A stretch of 64,000 nt of DNA from an uncultured Methanosarcinales archaeon (GCA_963843555.1 CAWJKV010000005.1:224001-288000); one strand, 5' to 3'. Shown: positions 18,906-29,450, counted from the stretch's first letter. The notes: a model not told the origin generated them from the letters alone. A program made the numbers and translations.

Positions 18906-21900
18906 TCAGCTCGTGCAAATACCGGTCACGCTGGTTATGTTGTTCTCCTGCATGGTCACGCCCAGGGTGTACTTCGACTGCAGTATCATGGGTTTACGCA
19001 AAGATACCACTATGAACTGGGCCTTGCTGGAGATCTTTTTGATCAATTTCGCCACCCTCTCGACATTGGCTCCATCCAGGAACATGTCGATCTCGTCCAT
19101 GGCATAGAAGGGCGCAGGCCGGTACATCTGGATAGAGAAGATAAAAGAAAGAGCAGTAAGACTCTTCTCTCCCCCGGACATGGCCTCCAGGCGGTGGAAG
19201 GGCTTGCCTGCAGGCCGGGCTTTGATGGTCATGCCTGCTGCCAATGGGTCTTCAGGATTTTCCAGAATCAGATCACCATCGCCGTTAGAAAGTTCCTGGA
19301 AGATCTGCTTGAAGTTCTTGTTGATCTCGGAGAAGCTGGCCAGGAATGCCTCCCTCTTCATCTGGTCGTACCTCTCCAGTTTATCGATGATCGATTCGCG
19401 CTCGTCGCTCAGCGTGGTCCTCCTCAGTGCCAGGAAATCGTGGCGTGTTTTCACGTGGTCGTACTCATCGATGGCCAGCATGTTCACGGGCTCCAGGTCT
19501 TTCATGGCCTGGGCCAGGGCCCGGATCGTCTCAGCCACGGTATCGCTCTGAGGCGGCTCCTGGGTAGAATCGACGCCGCTCGCCTCAATCTCCGTGCGCA
19601 GGCTGTCCGCCTTTGACTGGATTGAGTCTCTGGCAGAAGCTGTGGCATTGAGACGGGCATCATTCCGATCCCTCTCCCGCTCCATTTGATCTATCTCCCT
19701 TTGCATGGCCAGGGTCTTTTCCACAAGCTCTACTCGCACGCCTTTCAGGCCGTGCAGTTCGCTCTCGATCTCTGCCTCACGCCCCTGCGACTCTTTGAGC
19801 ATTTCCTGCCGGTCTTTGATCTCGGCTGAGGCGCATTCTTTGCGCTGCAGAGTCTCAGCCTTTGAAACGTCCAGCGCTGCCCTGCGGGCCGCTAGCTCAC
19901 TATGTCTCTCCTGGCCACTATCCACTCGAATCCTGTCCTTGAGAATCTCGGCATCAATCCCCGTCAGCCTTTCTTGCAGACGCCTGATCTCCGACTGCGC
20001 TGCATCAGCCCTGCGATTCAGCTCGGGAATCTCGGAGCCCTTTAATTCGCCCTCAATCAGATCGATCTTCTGTTGCGAGACGGCCAGAGTCTCCTCCGAT
20101 CTTCTGATCTCAGTCTCCAGGAGGTCCAGCTGCCCCTTGAAGCTGAGGGATTCGCTCTCCATCTGCACCAGACGTTCTCGCTTCTCCTGTATGGACTTCT
20201 CCAGACGGGGCTTTGCGGCTGCCATCTCGTCCGTCCGGAAGGTCTTCTTGGATATGACTTTATTCAGCTCCTCGACCTCGCGGGAGATGTGAGAGATCTG
20301 CTCTTCGATTCTATCCAGCTTATCGAGCCTCGTGCCCCGCTCGGCATCGGCATTGGCGATCTTCTCAGAGAGCTCCAATAGTTTTTTGCCCTCTTCGGCT
20401 GCGAATTTCATCTTGGTGCGGTAGTGCCCGCCGGTCATGGCCCCGGACTTCTCCACCAGATCTCCTTCCAGTGTGACCATGCGATACCGGCCCATGAGCG
20501 CCCTGGCATGGGTAAGGCTCTCTACGACCAGAGTATCGCGAAAGACATACCAGAACGCATTTTGGAATTTGGAGTCATAGTCGACCAGGTTGAGAGCATA
20601 ATCGACTACCCCAGCATAATTCGGCTTGGCGGAGAGAATGCCCCGGTCGAGCTTATTCAAAGGCAAGAAGGTAGCCCTGCCGATCTGGGACCTCTTCAGG
20701 TACTCAATGGCGTGAGCCGCATCTTCATCTGTGGCCGCCACGATGCTCTGCAGCCGGGCCCCAGCCGCAACCTCCAGGGCGGCGGAATAGCGTGATCCTA
20801 CGTTGCCTAGCTCTGCAATGGTTCCATAGAGTCCCTGGAGCATCTGCTTCTTAATGGCAGACCTGATTGCATCCACCGCCCGGCTGTAACCGGCCTTATC
20901 CTCGGCGGCTTTCATGCGTCCGTCAGTGCGAGCGAACTCGCCCTGCAGCCGCTGCATCTCTCTCTCTGCCTCAGAGATCTCCCGGCGCAGGCGCAGGCGT
21001 CCACTCTCCAGGTCATCTCTGTCCCGCTCCATTCCCATTGCTTTGCCGTTCAAGGTGGCCAGCTCTGATTTTAGCTGTTCTGCCTCGTGATCGGCTCCGG
21101 CCAGAGCGTCCAGAGCCTCTTTGATGCCCAGAGAGAGTTCTTCCCTCTCCAGACCTCCTCGCCTTGTGGCATCCAGCAGCCGGTCCCTCTCCCTGAGCAG
21201 GTCACCCAGCTTTGATTTGGCTTCCTCCCGGATCTGTCGTGCCCCGGCCAGATCATCCCGCAGAAGAGAATACTGTGCATCCGCCCTGGCGAGGCTCTCT
21301 TCTGCCGCTTGAAGAAGCTCCAGCTGATCCTCAAGTTCGCCACTCAAGCTGGCTTTGCGAAGGCTCGCGTCTCTCATCTTTTCGCTTAACCCCTCCAGTT
21401 CCGAAGAGAGGTTGTTCATCTGAATGAAGCAGGTCTTTTGCTGATCTTCCATCTCTGTTATGGCCTTCTCTGCCATCTCAGCACGCCCCGCCTCGCGGGC
21501 AATCTCTCCTTTCAGCTCTTCTATGCGCCGCTTGACCTGAATCTGCTCATCTTCTCCTTTGTGAGTGATCTCCTGGCTCAAGGATTGCAGCTTCTCGTCT
21601 AGAGCCGCCAGCTCGGTTTTCTTATTTACGGAATTTTGCTGGATCGTCTCATTCTTAACCTCCAGCGAATTGATCTCTTCATTGAGGCGGGATAGTTCAG
21701 AGGATGCTTCTTTGAGCCTGGCCAGGAGCAGAAAAGCATCCTGTCTCTTTAACTCCTCGCGGTGTGCCTGGTAGGAATGAGCCTTATCCCTCTCCGCTTT
21801 AAGCCGGGAGAGCTGCATTGCGACCTCTTCGAGAATCACGTCGACGCGACCGATGCGTTCCCGCACCACATCCAGCTCTTCCATGGCTTTTTTCTTTTTC

Positions 21901-22421
21901 TCGTCAAACTCGGCGACTCCGGCAATCTCATCTATGATCTTGCGGCGCTCCATGGGCGTCATCTCTATGATGCGCGTCACATCGCCCTGCATGACGATAT
22001 TGTAGCTCTCGGGGGTTATGCCTGCCTTGGCGAGCAGGTCGAGAAGCTCGGCCTGGCCGCAGGACTTTCCATTAAAATAGTAAGAAGAGGCATATTTGTC
22101 GCCCTTGACCTTAATCTTTCTGGATACTTCGATAATGTCCTGATCCAGAGGAAAGAAGCGGCTGGCATTGTCCAGCTTGACGGTAACCTGGGCATAGTCC
22201 GGATTCTTGCCGTTATCACCCCGGTATATGAGGTCGGGCAGCCTTTCCGCCCGCATGGCTCGCGAGCTGGAGAGGCAGAGGGCGAAGAGAAGGGCATCGA
22301 CGATATTGGATTTACCGCTACCGTTGGGCCCTGTAACGGTCACAAAATCGTTCTTCAGAGGAACCCTGACGCTTCTGCCGAAGGACTTGAAGTTTTTGAG
22401 CTCAACCTCTTTGATGTACAA
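18906..22421 (-). CDS. smc: Chromosome segregation protein SMC
   Basis: Walker A GPNGSGKSN, coiled coils, hinge GRATFLPL, MSGGEKS, DEIDMFLD. Confidence 0.98.
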   Translation of the reverse strand: MYIKEVELKNFKSFGRSVRVPLKNDFVTVTGPNGSGKSNIVDALLFALCLSSSRAMRAERLPDLIYRGDNGKNPDYAQVTVKLDNASRFFPLDQDIIEVSRKIKVKGDKYASSYYFNGKSCGQAELLDLLAKAGITPESYNIVMQGDVTRIIEMTPMERRKIIDEIAGVAEFDEKKKKAMEELDVVRERIGRVDVILEEVAMQLSRLKAERDKAHSYQAHREELKRQDAFLLLARLKEASSELSRLNEEINSLEVKNETIQQNSVNKKTELAALDEKLQSLSQEITHKGEDEQIQVKRRIEELKGEIAREAGRAEMAEKAITEMEDQQKTCFIQMNNLSSELEGLSEKMRDASLRKASLSGELEDQLELLQAAEESLARADAQYSLLRDDLAGARQIREEAKSKLGDLLRERDRLLDATRRGGLEREELSLGIKEALDALAGADHEAEQLKSELATLNGKAMGMERDRDDLESGRLRLRREISEAEREMQRLQGEFARTDGRMKAAEDKAGYSRAVDAIRSAIKKQMLQGLYGTIAELGNVGSRYSAALEVAAGARLQSIVAATDEDAAHAIEYLKRSQIGRATFLPLNKLDRGILSAKPNYAGVVDYALNLVDYDSKFQNAFWYVFRDTLVVESLTHARALMGRYRMVTLEGDLVEKSGAMTGGHYRTKMKFAAEEGKKLLELSEKIANADAERGTRLDKLDRIEEQISHISREVEELNKVISKKTFRTDEMAAAKPRLEKSIQEKRERLVQMESESLSFKGQLDLLETEIRRSEETLAVSQQKIDLIEGELKGSEIPELNRRADAAQSEIRRLQERLTGIDAEILKDRIRVDSGQERHSELAARRAALDVSKAETLQRKECASAEIKDRQEMLKESQGREAEIESELHGLKGVRVELVEKTLAMQREIDQMERERDRNDARLNATASARDSIQSKADSLRTEIEASGVDSTQEPPQSDTVAETIRALAQAMKDLEPVNMLAIDEYDHVKTRHDFLALRRTTLSDERESIIDKLERYDQMKREAFLASFSEINKNFKQIFQELSNGDGDLILENPEDPLAAGMTIKARPAGKPFHRLEAMSGGEKSLTALSFIFSIQMYRPAPFYAMDEIDMFLDGANVERVAKLIKKISSKAQFIVVSLRKPMILQSKYTLGVTMQENNITSVTGICTS

Positions 22422-22810
22422 AGGTTACCTCCGCATGAATCTTTCCGTGTCGGATTCTTCTCCAATGCCCGTCATTTCTTCCCTTTTCGCCCTATATCCA
22501 TCAGTTCTTTCCCAATCTGTTTTCTTAAGGGTGTTGAGGCTTTCGCTCTGCTGACCCTCAAACACCTCCTGAGAATCTTCACTTAAGTATGTATTCAAGG
22601 ATGTATATATCATTTTCCTACATGCAAACCTTTCTTCCAATTGAGCAATTAAATTTGCAATATTAATATATTTAAAAATTTAAACCTAGCCGGCTCCACG
22701 ATTTTATAAGGGTCCTGCATCATGCCAGAATGCATGATCTCTTGCATCGGCCTATCTTTCTGGTCTTGACCCCAAAACTTATTTACCCTCTGGCCAAGGC
22801 AAATTCCAGT

Positions 22811-24028
22811 ATGGAGATACTTGCCGACGTCGGAGGAAGGCCGGGCCTGGACTGCAGGGGCTTTTGCAGCTACTGCTATTTCAAGGGAGTAAAGAGGGTA
22901 CAGCCCTTCGGCTGCAAGTACTGCATGCCATTCCAGAAGGGCTGTGACTACTGCTCCCGCGCCATTGTGGAGGGCTATCCAGGATTCAAGCCGCTCGACG
23001 CAGTGGCATTCGATGTGGCTCAAAAGTGCATGGGCAGCATACCCGATAAGGTGACGATCAGCGGCGGCGGTGATCTGAGCTGTTACCCCGAACTCCTGCC
23101 TCTGGCCAGGACGGTGGGTCAGGGGATGGTACCCATAAGCCTTGGCTATACCAGTGGAAAAGGCTTTAAAAGCAAAGATGAGGCCGGGCCTCTGGTGGAT
23201 GCGGGCGTGAATGAGGTTTCCTTCACTGTTTTCTCGACAAATGAAGAGCTTCGACATAAGTATATGGGAGACAGGTCTCCAGAGATCGCCCTTGCCAACC
23301 TCAGGACCTTTTGTGAAAGCTGCGACGTCTACTGCGCCGCAGTGCTCATCCCCGGGGTGAACGATGGGGCAGAGCTGGAGAAGACCTGCAGTGACCTGGA
23401 GGAGATGGGGGCGAAAGGGCTGATCCTCATGAGATTTGCCAATGCCCGCGAGCAAGGCTTGATCCTGGGAAATGAGCCTATCATTCCGGGCATAGTGCCC
23501 CACAGCGTCGAAGAGTTCCAGAGGATTGTCACAGAAACAGCAAACGGGCATAGCTTCCGGGTAACTGGGACTCCACTCTGGGATCCTGTCACCGGTGCGC
23601 CCTTTGCCCTGGCCAGACACCCTGAATTGATAGCGCGCCTCCCCGGCTTGCGAAGAAGCGCTACAGTCATCACCAGCTCTGTGGCCGCGCCCCTATTGAA
23701 CGCCATCTTCAAGCAGATGGGCGATAAAGTGAATGTGGTAGCAGTTAACAAAGACGTGGGCTGCTTGATAACCATAGAGGATTTCAAAACCCTGGACCTG
23801 GCCGGGATTTTGGGCACCGTTATCATTCCGGGCCGTACCCTGGCCCATGAGAAAGAGATAAAAAAAGCTCTGAGCCGGGATGGGCAGGATAGGATTGCGG
23901 TGCGCGGCCCGGACAGGCTTACGGTGGACGGGGAGATGAGCATCTCCATGAAGGCAGAAGAAGTCCTGGATCTGGAGGTTGAGGCATTCGGGGAGTTGAT
24001 CGAAGCGATCAATGCTCTGGGCGTCTAA
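22811..24028 (+). CDS. mmp10: Methanogenesis marker protein 10 (MCR arginine methyltransferase, radical SAM)
   Basis: MEILADVGGRPGLDCRGFCSYCYF, CxxC..CDYC, ISGGGD, RGPDRLTVDGEMS. Confidence 0.93.
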   Translation: MEILADVGGRPGLDCRGFCSYCYFKGVKRVQPFGCKYCMPFQKGCDYCSRAIVEGYPGFKPLDAVAFDVAQKCMGSIPDKVTISGGGDLSCYPELLPLARTVGQGMVPISLGYTSGKGFKSKDEAGPLVDAGVNEVSFTVFSTNEELRHKYMGDRSPEIALANLRTFCESCDVYCAAVLIPGVNDGAELEKTCSDLEEMGAKGLILMRFANAREQGLILGNEPIIPGIVPHSVEEFQRIVTETANGHSFRVTGTPLWDPVTGAPFALARHPELIARLPGLRRSATVITSSVAAPLLNAIFKQMGDKVNVVAVNKDVGCLITIEDFKTLDLAGILGTVIIPGRTLAHEKEIKKALSRDGQDRIAVRGPDRLTVDGEMSISMKAEEVLDLEVEAFGELIEAINALGV

Positions 24029-24148
24029 TTCCATATTTCAAAGTATCGATGGATGGAATGAGAAATAAACGTCGAATTCTTTAAGTATTCTTAGTTTATT
24101 ATTAAATTTAATGGAAAACTATTAGTACCTTTAAAGAAGCCCCAAAAA

Positions 24149-25315
24149 ATGATGAAACAAAAAAGGCCATTTCACGTCATGATCATCCCCACTCTTGGCT
24201 GTCCTTCTAAATGCAGCTATTGCTGGAGTTCGGAGGTGGGCTCTCCCATAATGGGCATTGAGACCATTCAAGATGTGGTGGAGTGGCTTCGGCATTTCCG
24301 GGACGACCCCGTGACATTCACATTTCATGGTGGCGAGCCGTTGCTTGCGGGTGCCGATTTTTACAGGAAAGCATTGCCAATGCTCTCCCAGGAGTTAGAG
24401 CATCTGAGCCCGAACTTTGCCCTCCAGACAAATCTCTGGAAGATGACGCCGGAATTGGCAGAGGTCCTGGCGGAGCATAAAATTCCCATCGGCTCAAGCC
24501 TCGATGGCCCGCAGGAGCTCAATGACCTGCAGAGGTCGGAGGGCTATTATGAGAAGACCATGGCCGGCTACAAATTGGCTAAAGAGCATGGTCTGCAGGT
24601 GCAATTCATCTGCACCTTCACCTCTTATTCAGTGCAATTCAAAGAAGAAATATTCAACTACTTCCTGGAGAACAACCTGACCCTCAAGCTCCATCCTGCC
24701 TTGCCATCGCTGCGCAGCGACGACCCCGACAGATGGGCGCTCCAGCCCGAAGCATATGGCGAGCTTCTGGTCTATCTGCTGGATAAGTATCTGGAAAACA
24801 TGGACCAGATTGAGGTCAGAAATATCAACGACTACTGCAGATGCGTCTTCACCGGTCGGGGTACCGTCTGCACTTTTGTGGACTGTATGGAGAACACCTT
24901 TGCGGTGGGCCCTGACGGAAGCATCTATCCGTGCTATCGCTTTGTGGGCATGCCGGAATACGTCATGGGCAACGTCTGCGATCATCCAACCCGGGAGGAT
25001 CTGGCCATATCTGCGCCTGCCATGCGCATGCGCCAGTTTAAGGAATATGTGGACCGGGAATGCAAGGGCTGTAAACACATCCGGTACTGCCGGGGCGGCT
25101 GTCCCTACAATGCCATCGCCCCCACCAATGGCGAGATAAAGGGCGTCGATCCCCATTGCATTGCCTACCAGAGAATATTTGATGAAATCTCAGATCGGTT
25201 CAATAAAGAGATGATGGGATCATTCGGCATGGGAATGATGGGTCAGGGATCGCAGTCAATTGAGAACTCCCGGCGGGGAATTATGTCTCTGATGCAGAGG
25301 ATGATAGCAAAATAA
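24149..25315 (+). CDS. Radical SAM/SPASM protein, methanogen peptide-modifying type (TIGR04083-like, anSME-related)
   Basis: PFHVMIIPTLGCPSKCSYC, FHGGEPL, SPASM motifs GSIYPCYRF and CKGCKHIRYCRGGC. Confidence 0.85.
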   Translation: MMKQKRPFHVMIIPTLGCPSKCSYCWSSEVGSPIMGIETIQDVVEWLRHFRDDPVTFTFHGGEPLLAGADFYRKALPMLSQELEHLSPNFALQTNLWKMTPELAEVLAEHKIPIGSSLDGPQELNDLQRSEGYYEKTMAGYKLAKEHGLQVQFICTFTSYSVQFKEEIFNYFLENNLTLKLHPALPSLRSDDPDRWALQPEAYGELLVYLLDKYLENMDQIEVRNINDYCRCVFTGRGTVCTFVDCMENTFAVGPDGSIYPCYRFVGMPEYVMGNVCDHPTREDLAISAPAMRMRQFKEYVDRECKGCKHIRYCRGGCPYNAIAPTNGEIKGVDPHCIAYQRIFDEISDRFNKEMMGSFGMGMMGQGSQSIENSRRGIMSLMQRMIAK

Positions 25316-25372
25316 ATCCCGATTGGCCCCAAAAGTTAATGCCCTGGGAGGTATATTCTGAATGCGATCGTT

Positions 25373-25825
25373 ATGGAAAAGATTCAGGATATAAAAGGCC
25401 TTGGCGGGATGCTTAATGGTTTTCGTGATTTGGTAAAAGACGATCAGAAGATAATATTCGTGGGGTCTCCTGGTTTTTGTACGCCTTTTGCACTCTTTCT
25501 TGGCTATCCGGTGCGAGAAAAGGAGCTGGCCTTTGTGCCGGGATTGAATAAAGAGAAAGCGCGCAAGATAATCACCACGGAATACGGACTGGAGCTCGGA
25601 GAGAAGATCCTCTTTGAAGCGGATGTGGTAGTGATCCTGGGAGGCATGGCCATGCCAAAGATAGGTGTGAAGCCTGCTGAGATGAAGGACTTTCTGGCCG
25701 GGATGAAATACAAGAAGCTCATAGGAGTCTGCTTCATGTCCATCTTCGAGAAGTCGGGGTGGTGCCAGGCTCTGCAATTCGATCACATCATGAACATGAT
25801 CATCGAGGGAGAAGTATCCAGGTGA
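25373..25825 (+). CDS. DUF2124 family methanogen protein
   Basis: FVGSPGFCTPFA, VILGGMAMP, IGVCFMSIFEKSGW. Confidence 0.8.
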   Translation: MEKIQDIKGLGGMLNGFRDLVKDDQKIIFVGSPGFCTPFALFLGYPVREKELAFVPGLNKEKARKIITTEYGLELGEKILFEADVVVILGGMAMPKIGVKPAEMKDFLAGMKYKKLIGVCFMSIFEKSGWCQALQFDHIMNMIIEGEVSR

Positions 25826-25850
25826 ATGGGGCTAATTAACCATTAATCCG

Positions 25851-26471
25851 GTGAGTATCTGGATGCTCAAAATTACGCCATATCTAGGCCTGATAGTCAT
25901 AATCATATCCCTGGGAGGCATCTTCTACCCCAAGTTAGGCTATTTTCTCCTGATCGTCTTTGCCACCCTGATGATTATTGCCCCCTTCAGAGGCAGATGG
26001 TTCTGCGGCAATCTCTGCCCCAGAGGAAGTTTTGTGGACTTCTGGCTGGGCCCTTTGAGCCGCAAGTTGCCGATCCCTCCAATCTTGCGGAGCATGTGGA
26101 TCAGAGTCCCCATCTTCATCATCCTCATGGGATTCATGGTCTTCAGAATTGTGCAAACCCAAGGTGTTGTGGATAAAGTGGGCATGGTCTTTGTAACTAT
26201 ATGCCTTCTTACCACAGCGATTGCCATTCTCTTTGGAATCATCATTGCCCCCAGAGCCTGGTGTTCATTCTGTCCCATGGGCACGATGCAGAGGGCGGTC
26301 GGAGGGAACAGATACCAGCTCAAAGTGGATAAAGAGAGATGCATCGACTGCGGAAAATGCCAGAAGGTCTGTCCCATGCAGCTTCCTGTAAATGAGATTC
26401 TGAACGAGCCGGATTGCATCAAATGTGCTCGGTGTGTAGAGGTCTGCCCAAAAGCTGCTTTGAGCTTCTGA
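25851..26471 (+). CDS. Membrane-bound 4Fe-4S binding protein (NapH/polyferredoxin-like)
   Basis: TM helices with CxxxCP motifs (WFCGNLCPRG, WCSFCPMG) and two CxxCxxCxxxCP ferredoxin motifs. Confidence 0.9.
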   Translation: MSIWMLKITPYLGLIVIIISLGGIFYPKLGYFLLIVFATLMIIAPFRGRWFCGNLCPRGSFVDFWLGPLSRKLPIPPILRSMWIRVPIFIILMGFMVFRIVQTQGVVDKVGMVFVTICLLTTAIAILFGIIIAPRAWCSFCPMGTMQRAVGGNRYQLKVDKERCIDCGKCQKVCPMQLPVNEILNEPDCIKCARCVEVCPKAALSF

Positions 26472-26569
26472 TTTGGCTCTCGTTTCTTTGGAGTATGATT
26501 TCCTGGATTCGATCTATGAAAAATGGACTGTATGGATTCAAGGCATGGATCCTTCCATATTTTTACTAA

Positions 26570-27022
26570 TCATACTTGAGGCGTTATCCAAACGCCATTC
26601 TGGTAAACTTTCAGGGAGGAGCTTGTCCTTGTATAATTCAGAGTCTTCCCCCAGTTCTTCTGGAAAGGCTCCCACTGCATACCAGCTAATGAGCTAATTC
26701 TGAACTCCGAATCATAGGGCACCTGGTTGTAAGGATATGCTCCAAACGGTCCCGCATAAATACCAGGCCTGAACTGGTACGGCTGGGTGTAATCATAGAA
26801 GAACTCCGCGCCGAAGTAGGGGTAGTAGGTTTGTTCCCAGCTCTGCCGTTGTGCTCCTGTAGGGTCTGAGTAAAAGATAGGGTCTGCGAAATATTGAGCA
26901 ATATCACTGCCATAGGATCTACCAACATATCCGCCATCCAGATAGTCCTGTCCAAAAGCAATGCCGATCAGCAGGAACACTGCGAACGCTGCCATGGGCA
27001 GCAAAACTTTGCCATACTTCAT
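26570..27022 (-). CDS. Secreted Tyr/Pro-rich hypothetical protein
   Basis: Signal peptide MKYGKVLLPMAAFAVFLLIGIAFG followed by aromatic/Pro-rich sequence. Confidence 0.7.
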   Translation of the reverse strand: MKYGKVLLPMAAFAVFLLIGIAFGQDYLDGGYVGRSYGSDIAQYFADPIFYSDPTGAQRQSWEQTYYPYFGAEFFYDYTQPYQFRPGIYAGPFGAYPYNQVPYDSEFRISSLAGMQWEPFQKNWGKTLNYTRTSSSLKVYQNGVWITPQV

Positions 27023-27212
27023 AAGTCTCACCTGATATTGATGATTGTCTTAATAACACTTAACGCTATTTATCATTTGACTCATTTTGACATCTGCGAT
27101 CGCTTAATGGACCAATGATCTAATCAGAGCAACATTTCTATTGATACCGCCCGAGATTAATTCGATAATCTGATATATTTAGCAATTCCATATTACCTAA
27201 TGGTGCTGCAAA

Positions 27213-28358
27213 ATGAAGCCGATTCTTATCGCCTTATTGGTGGGTTTGCTGCTCGTGTCCTCAGGCTGCATTCAACCTGAAAAAGCCCCGGTCGTCGTGG
27301 AGAAGGCGGCCACTGGGGAGTGGAAAGCTGATGGAATTGTAGGCGAGAGCGAATACTCTCGCAGCATGGTGTTGCAGAGCCCGGCCAGGCAGGGATACAG
27401 CGGTGGAGATATGGAGATCTCCTGGAAGAACGATCCAGAATATCTTTACCTGGCCCTGAACGGCAGCACTGACGGCTGGCTGTCTATTGGCTTTGATCCA
27501 CTGGAGTGGATGAAGAACTCCGACATAATCCTGGCATCGATGCAGGGAAGCACAGTGACAATGCTGGATGAGTACTGCACAGGTAACTACGGTCCCCACA
27601 TCGAGGATACCATGCTGGGAGGCACAAACGACATTGTGGAATTTGGCGGCAGCAAAGGAGCCGGTCGTACTGTCATAGAGCTGAAGAGAAAACTGGATAC
27701 AGGAGACAGGTTTGACAAGGCTTTCTCGCCCGGCCAGGCGATCTCCATTATCTGGGCATTGTCTGAGAATCCCGACATCAGCCTAAAGCACAATGTGGCC
27801 TACGGCGAGGGGATCATGACCTTGACCGAGGAGAGCGCGATGACATCCGCGGAAGCAGCACTAACCTCGCGCGAGAAGGAAGGTCTTATCTTCATCTGGG
27901 AGGAGGAAAAAGTAGCCCGCGACCTGTACGCTTCCCTTCATGAAGAGAACAACCTCTCCATCTTCATGGAACTGATGAGATCGGAGCAAAGCCATATGGA
28001 CCAGGCCAAAGCCGTCATAGACCAATACGGCCTCTCCACTCCAGGAGAAAACGAGCCGGGTGTATTCCAGAACCAGACTCTGCAGGAGATTTATGACAGG
28101 CTCCTGAGTGAAGGATTGCCGTCTGATGAAGATGCTCTGCAGGCGGCGGCCGAATATGAAGAAATAAGCGTCATGGACCTGGAGAGAGAGCTGGCTGCCA
28201 CGGAGAACGAGGATGTCAAGGTAGTCTACCAGGGACTTCTCGCAGGTTCCCGAAAGCATCTGCGCTCATACGTCGCCGACCTGCATGATTTGGGAATAGA
28301 ATATGCCCCCCGGCACCTCGATAAAGCCAGTTTTGAGGAGATAGTGAAAGTTGGATAG
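27213..28358 (+). CDS. Lipoprotein with DOMON domain fused to DUF2202 ferritin-like domain
   Basis: Lipobox-like LVSSGC; DOMON GWLSIGF...MKNSDII...IIWA...KH; ferritin-like EEEKVARDLY, SEQSHM, GSRKHLR. Confidence 0.8.
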   Translation: MKPILIALLVGLLLVSSGCIQPEKAPVVVEKAATGEWKADGIVGESEYSRSMVLQSPARQGYSGGDMEISWKNDPEYLYLALNGSTDGWLSIGFDPLEWMKNSDIILASMQGSTVTMLDEYCTGNYGPHIEDTMLGGTNDIVEFGGSKGAGRTVIELKRKLDTGDRFDKAFSPGQAISIIWALSENPDISLKHNVAYGEGIMTLTEESAMTSAEAALTSREKEGLIFIWEEEKVARDLYASLHEENNLSIFMELMRSEQSHMDQAKAVIDQYGLSTPGENEPGVFQNQTLQEIYDRLLSEGLPSDEDALQAAAEYEEISVMDLERELAATENEDVKVVYQGLLAGSRKHLRSYVADLHDLGIEYAPRHLDKASFEEIVKVG

Positions 28359-28381
28359 CAAAAGCAATGGATAGAATCGTG

Positions 28382-28401
28382 GGGAGCCACCCGGGGCTCC
28401 C
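28382..28401. terminator. Hairpin between convergent genes
   Basis: GGGAGCC-N6-GGCTCCC followed by an A-run (T-run on the minus strand). Confidence 0.5.
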
Positions 28402-28429
28402 TATCCCCAAAAAAATACAATATGCAAAA

Positions 28430-29017
28430 CTATGCCATTCGGCTTCCCCCGGCGGTTCCCGACCATATCCGGCCCTGCGCATCGAAGGCGGTAAAGTTGC
28501 CGGATAGGAAATCATTGTCTGTCGTTAGAATGAACCGATAGAGCGCCGGCTCCTCAGCATTGACCAGATCCAAATAGAGCACATCTTTCACTGTCCGTCC
28601 GCTGGCAGAGACAGCATGGGTGGACCCGGGCAAAGACAGTGTACCGCGCCCGAAGACAGCATCCCGGTTCTGGACGAGTTGCAGCTCAACCGTCCCGGGA
28701 GTTCCGCCCAGGAGATCCAGCTTCCAATTGCCCCGCAGGTCTTCCTGAACCGGGACAAAGGTGCCCAGATACTCCCGGCCGCTGTTTTTATTCAGATATT
28801 CCGCCGTATGCTCCGGATCCAGTGGACGCATCAAGGGATCGATACGCAGCGGATCCATAATGGGATCGATATAGATTCTTTGAGCGTCCATGTTGCTCGT
28901 TCTTCTCATATCATCAGGCAAAGTGAAGATATCACTTGCCAATGGATCGTATTGAGCCTGAGCCTGCGTCAGGCACATCAACAAGGCCGCCCAGGCCACC
29001 AGCATCTTTGCAAACAT
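28430..29017 (-). CDS. Secreted hypothetical protein
   Basis: Signal peptide MFAKMLVAWAALLMCLTQAQA; beta-rich C-terminal domain. Confidence 0.75.
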   Translation of the reverse strand: MFAKMLVAWAALLMCLTQAQAQYDPLASDIFTLPDDMRRTSNMDAQRIYIDPIMDPLRIDPLMRPLDPEHTAEYLNKNSGREYLGTFVPVQEDLRGNWKLDLLGGTPGTVELQLVQNRDAVFGRGTLSLPGSTHAVSASGRTVKDVLYLDLVNAEEPALYRFILTTDNDFLSGNFTAFDAQGRIWSGTAGGSRMA

Positions 29018-29139
29018 TTCATCTAACCCCTATTCACTTATACCCTCGAAGCATAAAAACTGGGCCTTCACATGAGACACATGCAAAATCAACATGATTT
29101 CCAGTAGGCTGATTCAAAGGCGCTTTTTTCAGGATATTC

Positions 29140-29450
29140 TATATGCTCGATAGCTTCAGCGACAGGCCCGCCCATTTCGACCATAGCCCTGCCCGATACC
29201 ATTGGCCCCCCAACAGTCGTGTCGAAGGGCAGCCTTCCGGCAACTCCTCAGACAGTTTGCCTCGATCTGCTCTGCAGCCCAGGGATTGAGGTCGTGCTTT
29301 GTTTATGCAAGACGGAAGTATCGATGCAGATGTGATCATCCACATAATAGAATCCTCTCCAGATCGTGCTCGTGCTCGACGGTGATGGTGGGCTCTGTAA
29401 CCACCAGAGCGAGATCGATTCAGTGAGTGAGGCTATTACCAGAAGCCGAT
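29140..29450 (-). pseudogene. Degraded C-terminal fragment of a MinD-type P-loop ATPase (ferredoxin-inserted type)
   Basis: Manual translation across frames: VIASLT..IDLALVVTEPT...HDLERIL...CINK.DLNP..AEQIE. Bounds approximate. Confidence 0.55.

Noticed and set aside
18415..23620. Long antisense ORFs over smc, scpA and mmp10 (likewise over mcr and the sulfatase)
   Set aside because: Shadow frames of GC-rich, codon-biased genes, with no motifs.
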